From the human T2T-CHM13v2.0 reference genome, Homo sapiens: a stretch of DNA of 64,000 bases. The notes under the pieces were generated by a model. The model was not told the origin of the DNA. It saw only the letters and a list, made by a program, of their open reading frames with translations, and made no database searches. The stretch is from NCBI RefSeq assembly GCF_009914755.1, contig NC_060933.1; one strand, given 5' to 3'. How positions within the stretch are numbered: the stretch's first letter is position 1; each line of letters opens with the position of its first letter. Below are positions 13,100 to 25,845 of the stretch, one piece after another. A program made the translations under genes and the position numbers.

Positions 13100-13379
13100 G
13101 GCATGTCACATTCCTTGGCTGATGAGAGAATTGAGGAATTAGAGCTTTGTTGAGATAGAGATCACAGTATGGAAGAAGGCACAAAGACCATCCAGTCTTC
13201 CTGATAAGACCTCTGAAGCACACAGATAGAAAGGAATTTATCAGAGATCACACAGAAAATTACTCTCGGAGCTGGTATTATACTAAGAATCGGGTGTCCT
13301 GACTCCTCATGTAGTGCTCTTTCTACATGATAGAAAGCATTGTTGTCTTACATTTTTTCTCCTTTCTCACTTTCATCCC

Positions 13380-13610
13380 TAATATTTATCATTATCTTAA
13401 GGTTCAATATGTGCCAAGTTGTGTAATAAGTGCTCAATATTATTACAATGAGGTAAGATTAATATTACTTTTATTTTCATTCTTAAAATGAGAAAATGGA
13501 GACTCAAAGAGGTGAAGTAACTTGACCAAAGGAGCTCTGCTACTCAGGGATAATGGAGATTCAAATGGGAATATCTAACTCATATGCCTGGGACTAAATC
13601 ATCATGCTGG
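13380..13610 (-). mobile_element. MIR
   Basis: aaatgagaaaatggagactcaaagaggtgaagtaacttgaccaa. Confidence 0.8.
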
Positions 13611-14511
13611 ACATCATTATCACTTTTCCAGCATTTTTGCATACCTTTCTGAACAACTCTTTTAACCCGGTGCTATGGGCTTCATACACAGTATTTTTAA
13701 ACTTCATAATGACACTGGCAGACATAGAATATTATTATCTTGCTAGTTCTGGTGAAGTAACTTGTCAAAGTCTCACAGTTAGGAGGTTTCAGAATCAGCC
13801 ATCAAACCCATCGTCCATTTGGTGAGGCTGGGTAAGGTGGTATATGGCAATGGAGATAAGAGATGGAAGAACTAAAACTCAGCTCTTCCCCTGAATGACT
13901 GTGTCCTATTCCTGATGAAGTGACTTTGCCTTTTTGTGTCCCAGTTAGCACATTTGTACCATGAAGATACTGAGGCTGCCATCATGCTCTGTTATTCTAA
14001 GAGAAAGATCAACAGCAACAACAACAATAATAATTTAAAAAGCAGAGGAAGAAAGTAATCCAAGAAGACAGACGCAGAGCCTCTAAGATCATGAAGGATG
14101 ATTAAAAGAACAAGTTGGGGATGAAAATGGGGAATCAGAAAGCTTATCATCAGGTTAGTTTTGGAAGGTCATCTGTGGCCTGGGCGGTGCCCCATTAAGA
14201 CTAGATCAAAAGCAGGACAGTGATGCAATCGGCTGTTTGTATACAGATGCTGGCCTCCAAATCCCCACATGGGAACATCTGCTGGGGACAACCACTTAAC
14301 AAATAAGCAGGCAATTAGGTAGCAGATCCATCTGTGCCAAGAGCATGGGACCACCAGCGGCGGGGAGGCTGCAGCAGAGGGGAGAGCCATGCTGGGAAGA
14401 ATGCTTTTGCGTTTGTGCAAGAGTCACACTATCTAAGGCAGGAGAAAGGAGAGAGGACCAGGTGCAGAAGTCAGGAGAGAAGATCATTTTCTGCTTGTTC
14501 TGGGGCTAGCT

Positions 14512-14697
14512 CCATGATGCTCAGCCTTGACTATACATTATAATCACCTGGAGATTTTAAATATACTGATGCCCAGGTTGTACTTCAAAACAATCTAATC
14601 AGAGTTTCTAGGAAGGGGATCAGCATCGTTGTTTTCTAAAAGTTTCTTAAGGTTACCTAGGTAACTCCAATGTATAGGCAAGCTTGAAAATCACTGG
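14512..14697. mobile_element. MER5A (hAT-Charlie MITE)
   Basis: cattataatcacctggag...tactgatgcccagg...aatcagagtttct...ttgaaaatcactgg. Confidence 0.8.
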
Positions 14698-15071
14698 TTT
14701 AAAATCTCTAAACCTACCACTGGATTGGTGGCAGAATAATAGCGATCATTATAAAGCTATAGTATTTATCCCACTATGCTTCTCTTTAGAATAACTGCAA
14801 ATATGCATTTTGAGTTTATAAAATTCTCATTCCAGTGGTCTAGGACTCAAGCAAACTCCATGTATTCTCTAAAACAAATGCTATCTATTCCTATCTCTGC
14901 TACTAGCTGACCTTAAGCAAGCTGATTATCTCTCCAAGATTTCACTACTTTATCTCTTTTCTGATAGAGTTGTTTCTTGGGAAGCAAAATGTGATTTTGT
15001 AAAGTGTTTAGAACATGACTGTAACATAATAAATGCTTACTAAATGTTGGTTGAACTTCAATCTGATTCAT

Positions 15072-15222
15072 GAAGAAGAAGAAGAGGCAAAGACAAAGAA
15101 AAAATGAATGAGGGAAGAAAGGAAGGAAGGAAGAGGGAAAGAAGGAAGGAAAGAAAGAAGGAAGGAAGAAAGGAAGGAAGGAAGGGAAAAAGAAAGACAG
15201 AAAGAACAAAAGAAAGAAAAAG
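15072..15222. repeat. GA-rich / degenerate (GGAA)n low-complexity tract
   Basis: Near-pure purine tract. Confidence 0.9.
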
Positions 15223-15299
15223 ACTTGAGGAGGTCATCTTAGGCATTGTTCTTGATGCTTTTCCTTTCATTAGACACCACAGCTAATCTACAACTAATC

Positions 15300-16125
15300 T
15301 TGCAGATATTATTCCCCAAATCTTCTAAGACTGTTTCTTTCCTCCCAGTGTCATTGCTAGATTTGACTCTCACCATTTCTCACCTGAACCATTGCAACAG
15401 CCAAGAGCTGACTTCTATATCTCCAGCCTTGTAGACTTAGATCTGTTCTGTACACTATAGATAGAGGAATCCACAACAAATAGATCCTATCTCTCCTCAG
15501 CTCAAAACCTTTCTGGGGCACCATGTTGTCCCCAAGAAAAACACCAAGCTCTTCAATGTAGCATGTAAGATTCTCTATGACCTTGTTTATGCTGACCTCT
15601 CCATACTCGCCTTTTTTGTAAAGCTCCACCTTTTCACCCTTTTCAGACCATAACCAAGTTTACATCCCAGCACTATCAATTTGCTTGTATTTTTCTCTGC
15701 ATGAACTTTGCTGTTTTATACATCTGGCCTTTTCTTATGCTGTTTGTTCATTTCCAAATACCTTTTTGACCTCCACCTAACTAACATCTCTTTATTTCTT
15801 GAAGCTCAACTCAACTCATGTACTACCTTCTACAGGAAGCCCTCCTTGAATCCTTTTGTCTTGGTTTACATTACGTGCTGTACCTTGTTTCCCTCCTATT
15901 ACAACATTTCACATTTTGCTGAAACTGTTCAAACACATTTCTGAATCTCCACCAGTAGATCATGAATTCTTCAAGGGCAGGTGCCTTCTCTGGTCTTTCA
16001 ATATATATGTTCATACACACATACACACACACATACACACACACACACACACACAGTAAGAGAGCTAGGATATAGGGAATGTAGATGCATGCTTTAACTC
16101 ATAGTAAATGCTCAATTATTTATGA
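15300..16125 (+). mobile_element. L2 3' fragment (with embedded CA repeat)
   Basis: cacctgaaccattgcaacagcc...ttctacaggaagccctccttga...ttcttcaagggcagg...catagtaaatgctcaat. Confidence 0.7.
16013..16054. repeat. (CA)n microsatellite, interrupted
   Basis: Visible directly in sequence. Confidence 0.95.
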
Positions 16126-16951
16126 AATGTCAGCCCAGGGAATGTGAAACACTGTAGGGAGCTTTGTAACCAAAGAAGAAGTTGTTTATTTTCTCATGTG
16201 TTCTCTTGCAATTACCCATGAGAGAAGGCCAGTGCTGGGAGATCTGAGTTCAAATTCTGCTGGTAGTCAGCTCCTAACTGAGGCCAAGGTCCTGAAGGCA
16301 GTCCTCTGGGAAGCTTTTGGAGACAGGGATGGAGCCATGTAGGAATAGATCTTGCCAGATTTCTTTCCTCGGAACCAAACTGGCTCTGAGTAATGCCTTT
16401 ATGAGTCTGACCACATCCTCCCCTTTCATTGCCAAAAACAAGGGGCCAGAGATTAACCATAGCTCAAGCTCCAAGACTTCAGGGAAGGTGACTCGCTTGC
16501 TGGGTCAGGGCCATATTTAAGGAAGGCTCCTTCAACTCCTTTGGGTCCTAGACTAGACTGTGTCCTTCAAATCTTATAAAAAATGCACTGTCAACAGCCA
16601 GTCAGAAAATATTAATGAGGTGGGCAAGATATGCCCACCAAAAGGGGAGGGTTGCAAAAATTGCTGAGACAACACTCAGGAGGGTGATATTTTTGAAAAA
16701 TTTGCCCTCTATTTCTAGTGACTTTCATACACAGTTGCTGCTAATTCCCTCAATGACACTGGAAATACTTAAGATTCTATATTTGGTTTCACAAAATTAA
16801 GCATGATTTGAATTAGAAGAGATAGTAGTGATAATCTAGGCCAATCCCAGCCCTTTTGTTTTTCTGAAGAGATGTAGGGGATTTTATTTTTCTGGCTGCC
16901 CAACAATCAATGTCATCTTGTTAACCAGACTCCCGTTTTCCTTTGTGAGTT

Positions 16952-17910
16952 TGTGGTAGACAGAATTCTAAAATGGCCCCTAAGATTTGTGTGCCCTAAT
17001 ATATATTCCTTGTATGATCCTCTTTGCCTGAGCATGCACAGAACCAGTGGAATACAATGAAATGTCACTCTCATAATTAGGCTACTAATCAGTTGACTTA
17101 GTCTATAGGGAGATTATCCTGGGTAGGCCTGGCCTAATCAGATGAGCCTTTCTTTTTTCTTTTCTTTTCTTTCTTTTCTTTTCTTTTTTTCTTCTTTTCC
17201 TTCTTTTCTTTTCTCTTCTCTTCTTTCTTTCTTCTTTTCTTTTCTTTTTTTTTTTGAGACACAGTCTTGCTGTGTCACCCAGGCTGGAGTGCAGTGGTGC
17301 AATCTCTGTCCACTGACTGCAACCTCTGCCTCCTGGGTTCAACAGATTTTCCTGCTTCAGCCTCCCGAGTAGGTGAGATTACAGGCATGCACCACCAGGC
17401 CCAGCTAATTTTTGTGTTTTTAGTAGAGAGGTGGTTTCACCATGTTGGCCACGCTGTTCTTGAACTCCTGGCCTCAAGTGATCCGCCTGCCTCGGCCTCC
17501 CTAAGTGCTGAGATTACAGGCATGAGACATCACATCCGGCCAAGGTGAGTCTTTTAAAAGAAGGTGAAGCGTCAGAGAGACACTCTCCTGGCAACCTTCA
17601 GAATAAAGAAAGCTACTGTATTGTGAGAGAATAGCCTATGTGGTAAGTACATGAGGGTGGCCTCTGGAATTAACAAGAAACTTAATTCAGCCAACGACCC
17701 CATGAGCTTGAAAGAGTGCTAGGAGCCCCAGGTGAGATGGTAGCCTTTGCTAATGCCTTGATTTCAGCCATTTAAGACCTGAACAAAGAGTATAGTTACG
17801 CCATTCTTGGGCTCCTAACTTACAGAAAATGTGAGATAATAAAATTGGGTTGTTTTAAGTGGCTATGTTTGTAATAATTTGTTATAAAGTAATAAAATAA
17901 AAAGAATACA
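16952..17910 (+). mobile_element. MLT1E-like LTR, split by Alu
   Basis: tgtggtagacagaattctaaaatggcccc...gggagattatcctgggtaggcct...gtgagataataaa...aataca. Confidence 0.85.
17152..17541 (-). mobile_element. AluS (Sz/Sx) with expanded (CTTTT)n tail
   Basis: Dimeric Alu, cctcaagtgatccgcc; TSD ag(a/g)tgag(c/t)cttt; about 100 bp pyrimidine tail. Confidence 0.93.
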
Positions 17911-18619
17911 GGGCTCATTCCTTTACTGTTAGTTATTTGAACAGAACTACCTTACCCCCATTTCCAGGAATGGCATGTGACCACAGCTTAAGCTAAACAT
18001 TGTGTTCTATTCTCCTGCCCACAGTGATTGGTTCAGAGTTAGGCATATGAGTCAATGTCTACCAGTCAGAAACTGGGTTAAGGCTTTTATAGAATCTGTT
18101 TAGGAAAGAAAAGTGCTCTCTTCTCTTTGGAATGGAAACTCTGGGCCTTTAGCTCTGGAGCTGATGTCAACCATATTGCTACCATGTGGATCTTGGGAAT
18201 GAAGCCAACATGGAAGAGAACAGATTTGTGCAATGGAAAACAAACAAACAGATTTTTTGACATATTTTGAGTCCTGGATTAACCTGAGCCTAAAGAAGAA
18301 ATTGCCTAGGGAGGTTTCAATTGCCTAAACATGTAATTTCTACAATTTGGTTTAAGACTATTTGAGACTCGGTTTTTGCCTTATTCAATAAAAAAACTCT
18401 ATCTGATACATGGTACAACTTGGGGCCAGAGTAAAAATACGTTGATCCAATCACATAATTAGTAAGCTGCAAGTATGACATAAATGATACCAGGTTTTCT
18501 GATGCCTAGACAAAAGGACTCAATATTGCTTTATTGCTAGGCTGAGTACCTCCCTGGGAATCACACAATATTAATTTCCCAAGAAGAGAATACAATGATG
18601 ACAATAGCAGCAGCAACAA

Positions 18620-18870
18620 TAACAACTGTATTTCAATGAATGTTTATTTTGTGCCAAGTTCTTTATTATGAAATTTATATATAGCATTTAATTTTATATT
18701 TTCATATAAACCTTATGAATTTTGTATCTTAGTAATCTCTATTTTAAAGATGACAAAAGTGAAGCTCAGCAATATTTACTAAGGTGAATAAGGTCATATA
18801 GCTAGTAAATGGAGGAGCCAGGATTTAATCCTTATCTGTCTGGCTCCAGAGTTTATTCTCTTAACTATCA
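18620..18870 (-). mobile_element. MIR
   Basis: aaggtcatatagctagtaaatggaggagccaggattt...ctggctccagag. Confidence 0.8.
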
Positions 18871-19169
18871 TGTTAATTGTGGCTAGGATAAAACAATAAC
18901 AAAACAAACCTAGGAAACAAATGCTTCTTTATTACTTCAAATTCATTGAAAGTATATACCATAAGAAATCTTTTTTTATTCTTACATATCCACAAATACT
19001 GGCGTGTGTTTCTTAGCCAATCAGCAATCAGATGCTTGAAGAAATCTTTAATCCCTAACATTGAAATATGAAAACTGCACATCTCTTATCCTTACTTCGT
19101 TTTACAAAGTATACAGGAAGTATATTTGGAAGAAAAAATATGTAACTTGATATATATAAAAGAAAAGAC

Positions 19170-19310
19170 TAAGTAGCAGTTGAGATGCTTGCATTTAAGA
19201 TCTAATTCTGCTCCCAATTCCCTGTGTGATCTTGGGCAAATCGCTTCCTCCCTCTTGGCCTCAGTTTTGTGATCTATAAAATGAAGGAATTTACATTAAA
19301 GTTTAAGAAG
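19170..19310 (+). mobile_element. MIR
   Basis: ctgtgtgatcttgggcaaatcgctt...cctcagttttgtgatctataaaatg. Confidence 0.8.
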
Positions 19311-19924
19311 TTCTTGTGTGTAGAAAGATGTGTTCTTTTATGAAGACATTTTGGTGGGGCTCCAAGTATTTCCAACACTTTTTTTGGTTAAACCAACATA
19401 TTCTCCAATTTGGATCCTTTGGTGGGGTTCTGGAACATCCCTGAGATATCAGACCACCGAAATGCCACTATGCCCAATGTATACAAATATGGTGCACATG
19501 TTAATTACTTACCTGTTAAGATATAACATTGCATATGGCATCTTGAATACTTATTAAATACACATTACAGATGAGGAAATAGAGCTACAAATAGGTTAAG
19601 TAACTTTACCAAGAAGCAAAGCATACACACAAGTCCACCTAATTCTAAAGCTTGTATACCCACCCTAGGGCAAATTGTTCCCCACCCAAGTCCCGCCCTG
19701 TAATAGCTTCTCGAGTTTTAATTTTTATATCTTCTTGTAAGTCACCTGAAGCACTTTCTGAACAAGACAGAACACAAATCAAAATGAAGTAAATTATATT
19801 GGTTTCCAGAGACAAGGCATAACAGTGCCCAACGGGATAATGAGAGGGTTGGTTATTCTTAAATCAAATCTTCTTTTTTGGCTTCCATTTTTCCATTGAA
19901 TGACAACAGTGCCTTAAAAAAAAG

Positions 19925-20432
19925 TAAACTTTTTTTTAGAACCATTTTAGATTTACAGAAAAATTGGAAAGATAATACAGAGAATTCCTGTATACCACAT
20001 ACTGTTTCCTTTGTAATTAAATCTTACACAAAGTGTGGCACATTTGTTGCAATTAATGAACCAATATTGTTATATTATTATTATCTAAAGCTTGTTCTTT
20101 ATTCAGATTACCTTAATTTTTATCTAGTGTTACTTTTCTGTTCTAGAATACCAGAAAAATTACCATATTACCTTTAATCATGTCTTCTCAGGCTCCTCTT
20201 GGCCCCAACCATTTATCAGACTTTCCTAAGTTTTTGATAACCTTGACAGTTTTGATGAGTACTGGTCAGGTAGAACATGCCTAAATTTGGATTTTATGAT
20301 GCTTTTCTCACAATTAGACTAGAGCTGTGTGTTTCAGGGAAGTAAGAGTCCATTCTCACGACATATTATGGGTACATATGATCAATATGGCTTATCACTG
20401 TTGATGTTGACCTTGATTACCTGGCACAGGTA
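19925..20432 (-). mobile_element. L1MC (MC1/2-like) 3' fragment
   Basis: ttttagatttacagaaaaattg...aattaatgaaccaatattg...accttgacagttttgatgagtactggtcagg. Confidence 0.85.
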
Positions 20433-20699
20433 AAAGAGTACTTTTTAAACTCTCTCTTATTTCCTCCATTCTCTCTCTAGAGGCTGCATGTAAGCACTGC
20501 TTTTCCATCAACCTACCCTAGATGGCTGGGAGATGTGATTTTACCAAGTAAGATTCTGTGCCAGTCTGGTGACTGGAGGAAATTTTTGGGACATGTGAAG
20601 AGGTTTATTTGGCTTTCCTGACAATTGCCTTTGTTGCCTCATTTTCTGTGATACAATTAGCCCAAGAGGCTACATTCTTGATCTGTTGAAGAGCCAATG

Positions 20700-21440
20700 G
20701 TTTTAAGATTAATTCTCTTATCATATAGTGTTTGTCCCTCTGCATTTGGTTTATTCACCTAACATCCAGGCTCATCCATGTTGTTGCACATAATAGTATG
20801 CTGATTTCTTTTTTAAGGCTGAATAATGTTTTATATACACATATATATATTCATCCATCAATGGACACTTAGGCTCATTAGGCTAATTCCATATCTTGGC
20901 TATTGTGAACAATGCTGTAGTAAATATGGGAGTGTGGATATCTTTTCAACACCCTGATTTTATTTCCTTTGGATATACATTCAGTAGTGATATTTCTGAA
21001 TTGTATAGGAGTCCTATTTTAAAGTAAGTTTTTGAAGAATTTCTATACTATTTTCAATAATGACTATTAAAATCAGACTCAGAAGCAGAGTGTAGAATGG
21101 TGGTTGCCAGGGGCTGAGGGTGGAGGAAACGAGGTGATGTTGGTCAAAGGGGACAAACTTTCAGTTATGAGTACGTTCTGGGGGTCTAAGGCACACATGG
21201 TGACTATAGTTAACAATACTGTATTGTATACTTGAAATTTGCTGAGAGAGATCTTAAGAAACCCCATCACACCAAAAATAAAAATAAAAAACCTATATGA
21301 GGTGATAGATATGCCACATATTAATTAATTTGATTATGGTAATCATTTCACATTATTTACGTGTATCAAATTATCACATTGTACACAATAAATATATGTA
21401 AGATTTTGTCAAGTATACCTCAATAAATCTGGAGGTAAAA
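20700..21440 (+). mobile_element. L1MA(8/9-like) 3' end with 5' inversion (approx. 20700-21066 minus, 21067-21440 plus)
   Basis: Minus-strand ttccatatcttggctattgtgaacaatgctg joined to plus-strand agaagcagagtgtagaatggtggttgccagggg...cctcaataaatctgg. Confidence 0.82.
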
Positions 21441-21706
21441 TATAGATTATATTAGCAGTGGGTGGGTTGTAGTTTAGAGTTTGTTTTATTTTGTTTTGTC
21501 ATAGGATGAGAGATCACGGGATATGAATTTTGCTTATGTTTCCCACTCAAAATACCAGGGACAACAGACAGGCTTTAGCCCTTCATTATAACAGCTTATA
21601 TTCACATAGAACTTTACTTTTGTAAAGTGCCTTCACATTTTAAATGTCCCCTACAAAGCAAAGCAAAACAAAACATTGCTTAATACTTGTTGAATGATTG
21701 GATAAA

Positions 21707-21747
21707 AGAATGAATGAATGAATGAATGAATCAATCAATCAATCAAT
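21707..21747. repeat. compound (GAAT)n(CAAT)n microsatellite at an L2 tail
   Basis: Visible directly; follows cttgttgaatga. Confidence 0.9.
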
Positions 21748-23574
21748 GTGTACAGTCCCAGCTCACGGCAGCACCATGAAGTAGATAAGAAAAAGAGTTT
21801 AGATTTAGATAGAACTGGATTTGATCCTTCCTCCACAGCTTACTTATTTTGAGATCTTAAATTTGTGAGTTAATTTCATGGGATCTGCTTCTCATTGGGT
21901 ATTCAAACCCATCTCAGGATAAGAGAGAGTTCATTTCAATAATGTCTGCAGAAAAAACTGACAGGAAGGTGATATCCTATGCATTTGTTGGCAGGTAGAA
22001 TTAGAGTATTAAGACATTGAATATTGTATGTCAACATGAATGCAACAAATGATTATAATCCCCTTTAAAATAATATTATGCAACAGAATATCCACAACAG
22101 GAAAAGTCTATTTATTATTATTATTATCATTATGGACATTTGACAAAAGAGGAAACTGAGACTCAGAGGTTAAGGAAGTTGCATATGGGAAGATCTAGGA
22201 TTTGAACTCCATTTTGTCCGACACCTGAATCTGTGCACAAAAAAATTAGATTGTAACCATGAACCCTTTCCTCTTCTGGGGAGAATTTCACTGTCTGATG
22301 TACCTGTAGTGCTCTGTTTGGGGACTGCTTTGAGTATGAAGCAGAGCTATCACTTTTAACGACTTAATCTACTCTAGTCTGAAATATACCAGATCCCTTC
22401 TAGAAGAGCAAAGGGAAACTAAAAATTTCCTAAAAATAGAAACCATTGTTTCTCAGAAGAAAAGTTCACTTTATAGACACACTGTAGGAATCGCTCTGGG
22501 GTTTGTTTTACTTTTTTTTCATTGCTTCTTTCTTTAAGGAAAATAGAGTCATAATTGCTAAGATTTATGCAGGAAAATTCACCCTAGAGATTTCAAACAA
22601 GTTTGCAGACTTTCTTAACCTCCTCAGCTACCCCCTTGGGGTACCTCTAAATTGCTGTCTCATGAAAGAAGAAGTGCCCTACCCAATCTTTGGGGGAGAA
22701 TGCATTCAGCCATTTCTCAGATGTATTGTATATGTAAGAAACGGGCTGGAGTTGGGGAATCTTCAGGTATTAGATCATCTCATTTATTCCAACTCAGGGA
22801 GATTGTTCCCAGTTGGATATCTCAAGTGTTGTGAGTGGCGGCTAACCTGAAGAACGTCACATCTGTTATTTGAAGCCAGTCTTTGAGAAGCAAAAGCTAC
22901 TGATGGAATGTTACTGCTTTTTTTTCTTTTTTAGATGATTTTCTGCAATTTCACTAAATGGTGGTAAGAAAAACATAGAGATCATAACTCTGGACACAGT
23001 ATTAAGACTAAATTATGCTGATTTTATTATCTGATGCTAAAGTCAATGCAGACACTTTGTGCCCACTCTCTGTCCTTAGCTGTTGAGGGAGGGAGGAGTT
23101 GAAGAAGGAAGGAAAAGTGGAGAAATTTGAAAAGATGGAAGAGGATCCTTCCTCGTTTTTTTCTGACTTTGTAACCAGTGTTATCCCCATCCATCTCCTA
23201 ACACAGCTCTCATTTTCTTCCCTGAACTTCTAGTATAACTGAGGATTTAATCTACTCAGACAGTGGTAGAATTGGTTGCATTTTCTCTTTTATTGTGTTT
23301 GCAGTGGGTGTACAACATGTCTTCATTAACTCTCCATGACATTCAGAATAGCTTGAGATAAAAAAAGCACTCAATCAAAAAGTAAAAAACAGTCTTCTGC
23401 CCTCCCATTTCCAATCACAAGCATCCCCTAGGGCATGTATTAATTACTGAAGATGAATGCTAGACCTTCATTCTCAGCAGGGTCCTTCAAATTTTATTGC
23501 TCTGTTGGGTCAGAAGATGGTGCTCCATCTTGCAAAATGGTAAGGAGTCTCAACTTCTTGAGGAAGTTCCAGCT

Positions 23575-23710
23575 AATAATGTCCTTTGTTACCGAGTGCC
23601 TACAATATGTCTAGCATTATTAGATTCTTTTTATGAATCAACCCACCTAATCCCAATATCTACCCTACAAGACACATTATTATCCCCATTTGCTGGATGG
23701 AGAAACTGAT
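23575..23710 (-). mobile_element. MIR
   Basis: ttaccgagtgcctacaatatg...cattattatccccatttgctggatggagaaactga. Confidence 0.8.
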
Positions 23711-25004
23711 TCCAAACCCCTGACAATTTCAGTCCAGTAAATGGCTCTCTGTGGTTCAAAACTGAGGGGGGTCTGTAGTTCCTCAAAGTAGTCTGGTGTC
23801 AATGAAGACATTGCCACAGTATTTCCATTGTTGAAGCCTGTTGGGAATTGAGAAGATGGTTCTCAAATCCCAGTTCATGTATCAACACTCTGAGGAAGTT
23901 TTCTTGGCTGCAAACAAGATGAAACTGTTTTCTTTTTCATATTAAGTAGGGGTGGTGGGTGACTGTCCCAAAAGTAGGCAATTTTCAGGTGGAGTTAACC
24001 TGATTTTGCTTAACTGCTGTATTGCCAAAGTACCTTCCAGATAGCCCCATTTTCTCTCATTCTTGCTCTACCTCATCCGAGCAACTTCAGTGTCCCATAG
24101 ATCAAGCTAAAGAGCTATTAAGAGCCCAGAAAGGCATCATTTATCACTATGTTTTCTTGGGAACACTAGTCTCAATTTTTTTATTGATTTGCTTGATTTT
24201 GGAATAACACATTTGAGAAACCCTATATGTCTCCCCTTCCCAAGTTTCTTTGTTATCTCAAGAAACATGTGCTTTTTGAAGATTTTGAGATGTTCTGCAG
24301 AAAAGCAAAACAAACACACAGAAGAGAAAACACAAACAAAAAACATGTTTACTTTCATTTCACTTCTAGCTCCTCTCCTCCCCTCTTTTGTTTTCTGCTC
24401 TGGAAACACCTGCTCATATCTCTTGGAACTATGGCTTTCCAGAGAACATCTTCAGAATTTCTCTGCCAAGGACTTTTCAAAGTTACCATCATAAATCCCA
24501 AATAAAATAAGGATTTTACTGATTCTCTAGATAGATGTACATTCTCCCTCTTTTGAAATCCTATGTCACTTTATTTTTACAGCTCTTTTGGCTTGTAGAT
24601 TAAAGATGATAAATTAATGGAAAGAAACATGTAAAAACAGATTAAGATAATCACTATTTCCTATCTTATTCTTTTTTTGCTCTCGTTTTCTCTGATTACA
24701 AATAAATATATGTTCATTATATAAAATTCAACTACTATACAAATGTAGAATTCATATGACGCACCTTGGGTTATGCCAAGACTTAATTCTCCCACAACAG
24801 TGTAAGCTTCCATAATGGGCATCCTGACACCAGGAACATTGTAGATCTTTAGGAAAGGAGAGTAGAATATGGGAATGAATTCTACTTGTATTCACTCAAT
24901 CATGAGCTTTGTACGAATACAGACCTAAATCCTACTCATTTTTGTCCCCCAACACCTTGCTTAGTGCCTAGTGCATAGTAGACTTCAATAAATCTATATA
25001 TATA

Positions 25005-25613
<609 letters not shown>

Positions 25614-25679
25614 ATTTGCTACAATCATTTGCACTTGAGTATTGCTCCTGGGCAGCCCTTGAGGAAGGTCTCTACACTT

Positions 25680-25845
25680 AGAACCAGACACATCTATGTT
25701 TGTGTTCCCATTCTGTAACTGAGAACCCCAGTATCTGCATCTATTGAATGGGGTTAATGCTACAGCTTTAAGAATTGCTATATAGCAACTCAAAGCTGTA
25801 GTATTAACCCCATTCTATATATATATATTCTTTGTAAGTGCTGGA
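25680..25845 (+). mobile_element. MIR fragment containing an inverted duplication
   Basis: ccccagtatctgcatctattgaatggggttaat resembles MIR cctcagtttcctcatctgtaaaatggggataat; MIR-like sequence resumes at tgtaagtgct. Confidence 0.6.
25746..25815. repeat. 70-bp near-perfect palindrome
   Basis: 24-bp arms 25746-25769 / 25792-25815 with one G:T pair; central perfect ttgctatatagcaa at 25775-25788. Confidence 0.97.

Larger units (their letters stand above)
16873..18410 (+). mobile_element. MLT1K-like LTR, split by MLT1E insertion (16873-16951 and 17911-18410)
   Basis: Starts tgtagggg; cacagtgattggttcagag, gaatgaagccaacatgg; ends ctgataca. Confidence 0.7.

Noticed and set aside
14350-14386. CTCF-like words ccaccagcggcg and gcagcagagggg
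   Set aside because: Both deviate from the core consensus at informative positions
23842-23872. Small hairpin tgggaattgagaa-gatgg-ttctcaaatccca
   Set aside because: 13-bp arms with a mismatch and no supporting context; too short to interpret
24745-24885. 11-bp inverted repeat gtagaattcat/atgaattctac bounding about 140 bp
   Set aside because: About one or more such pairs are expected by chance in 64 kb; no TSD or family match
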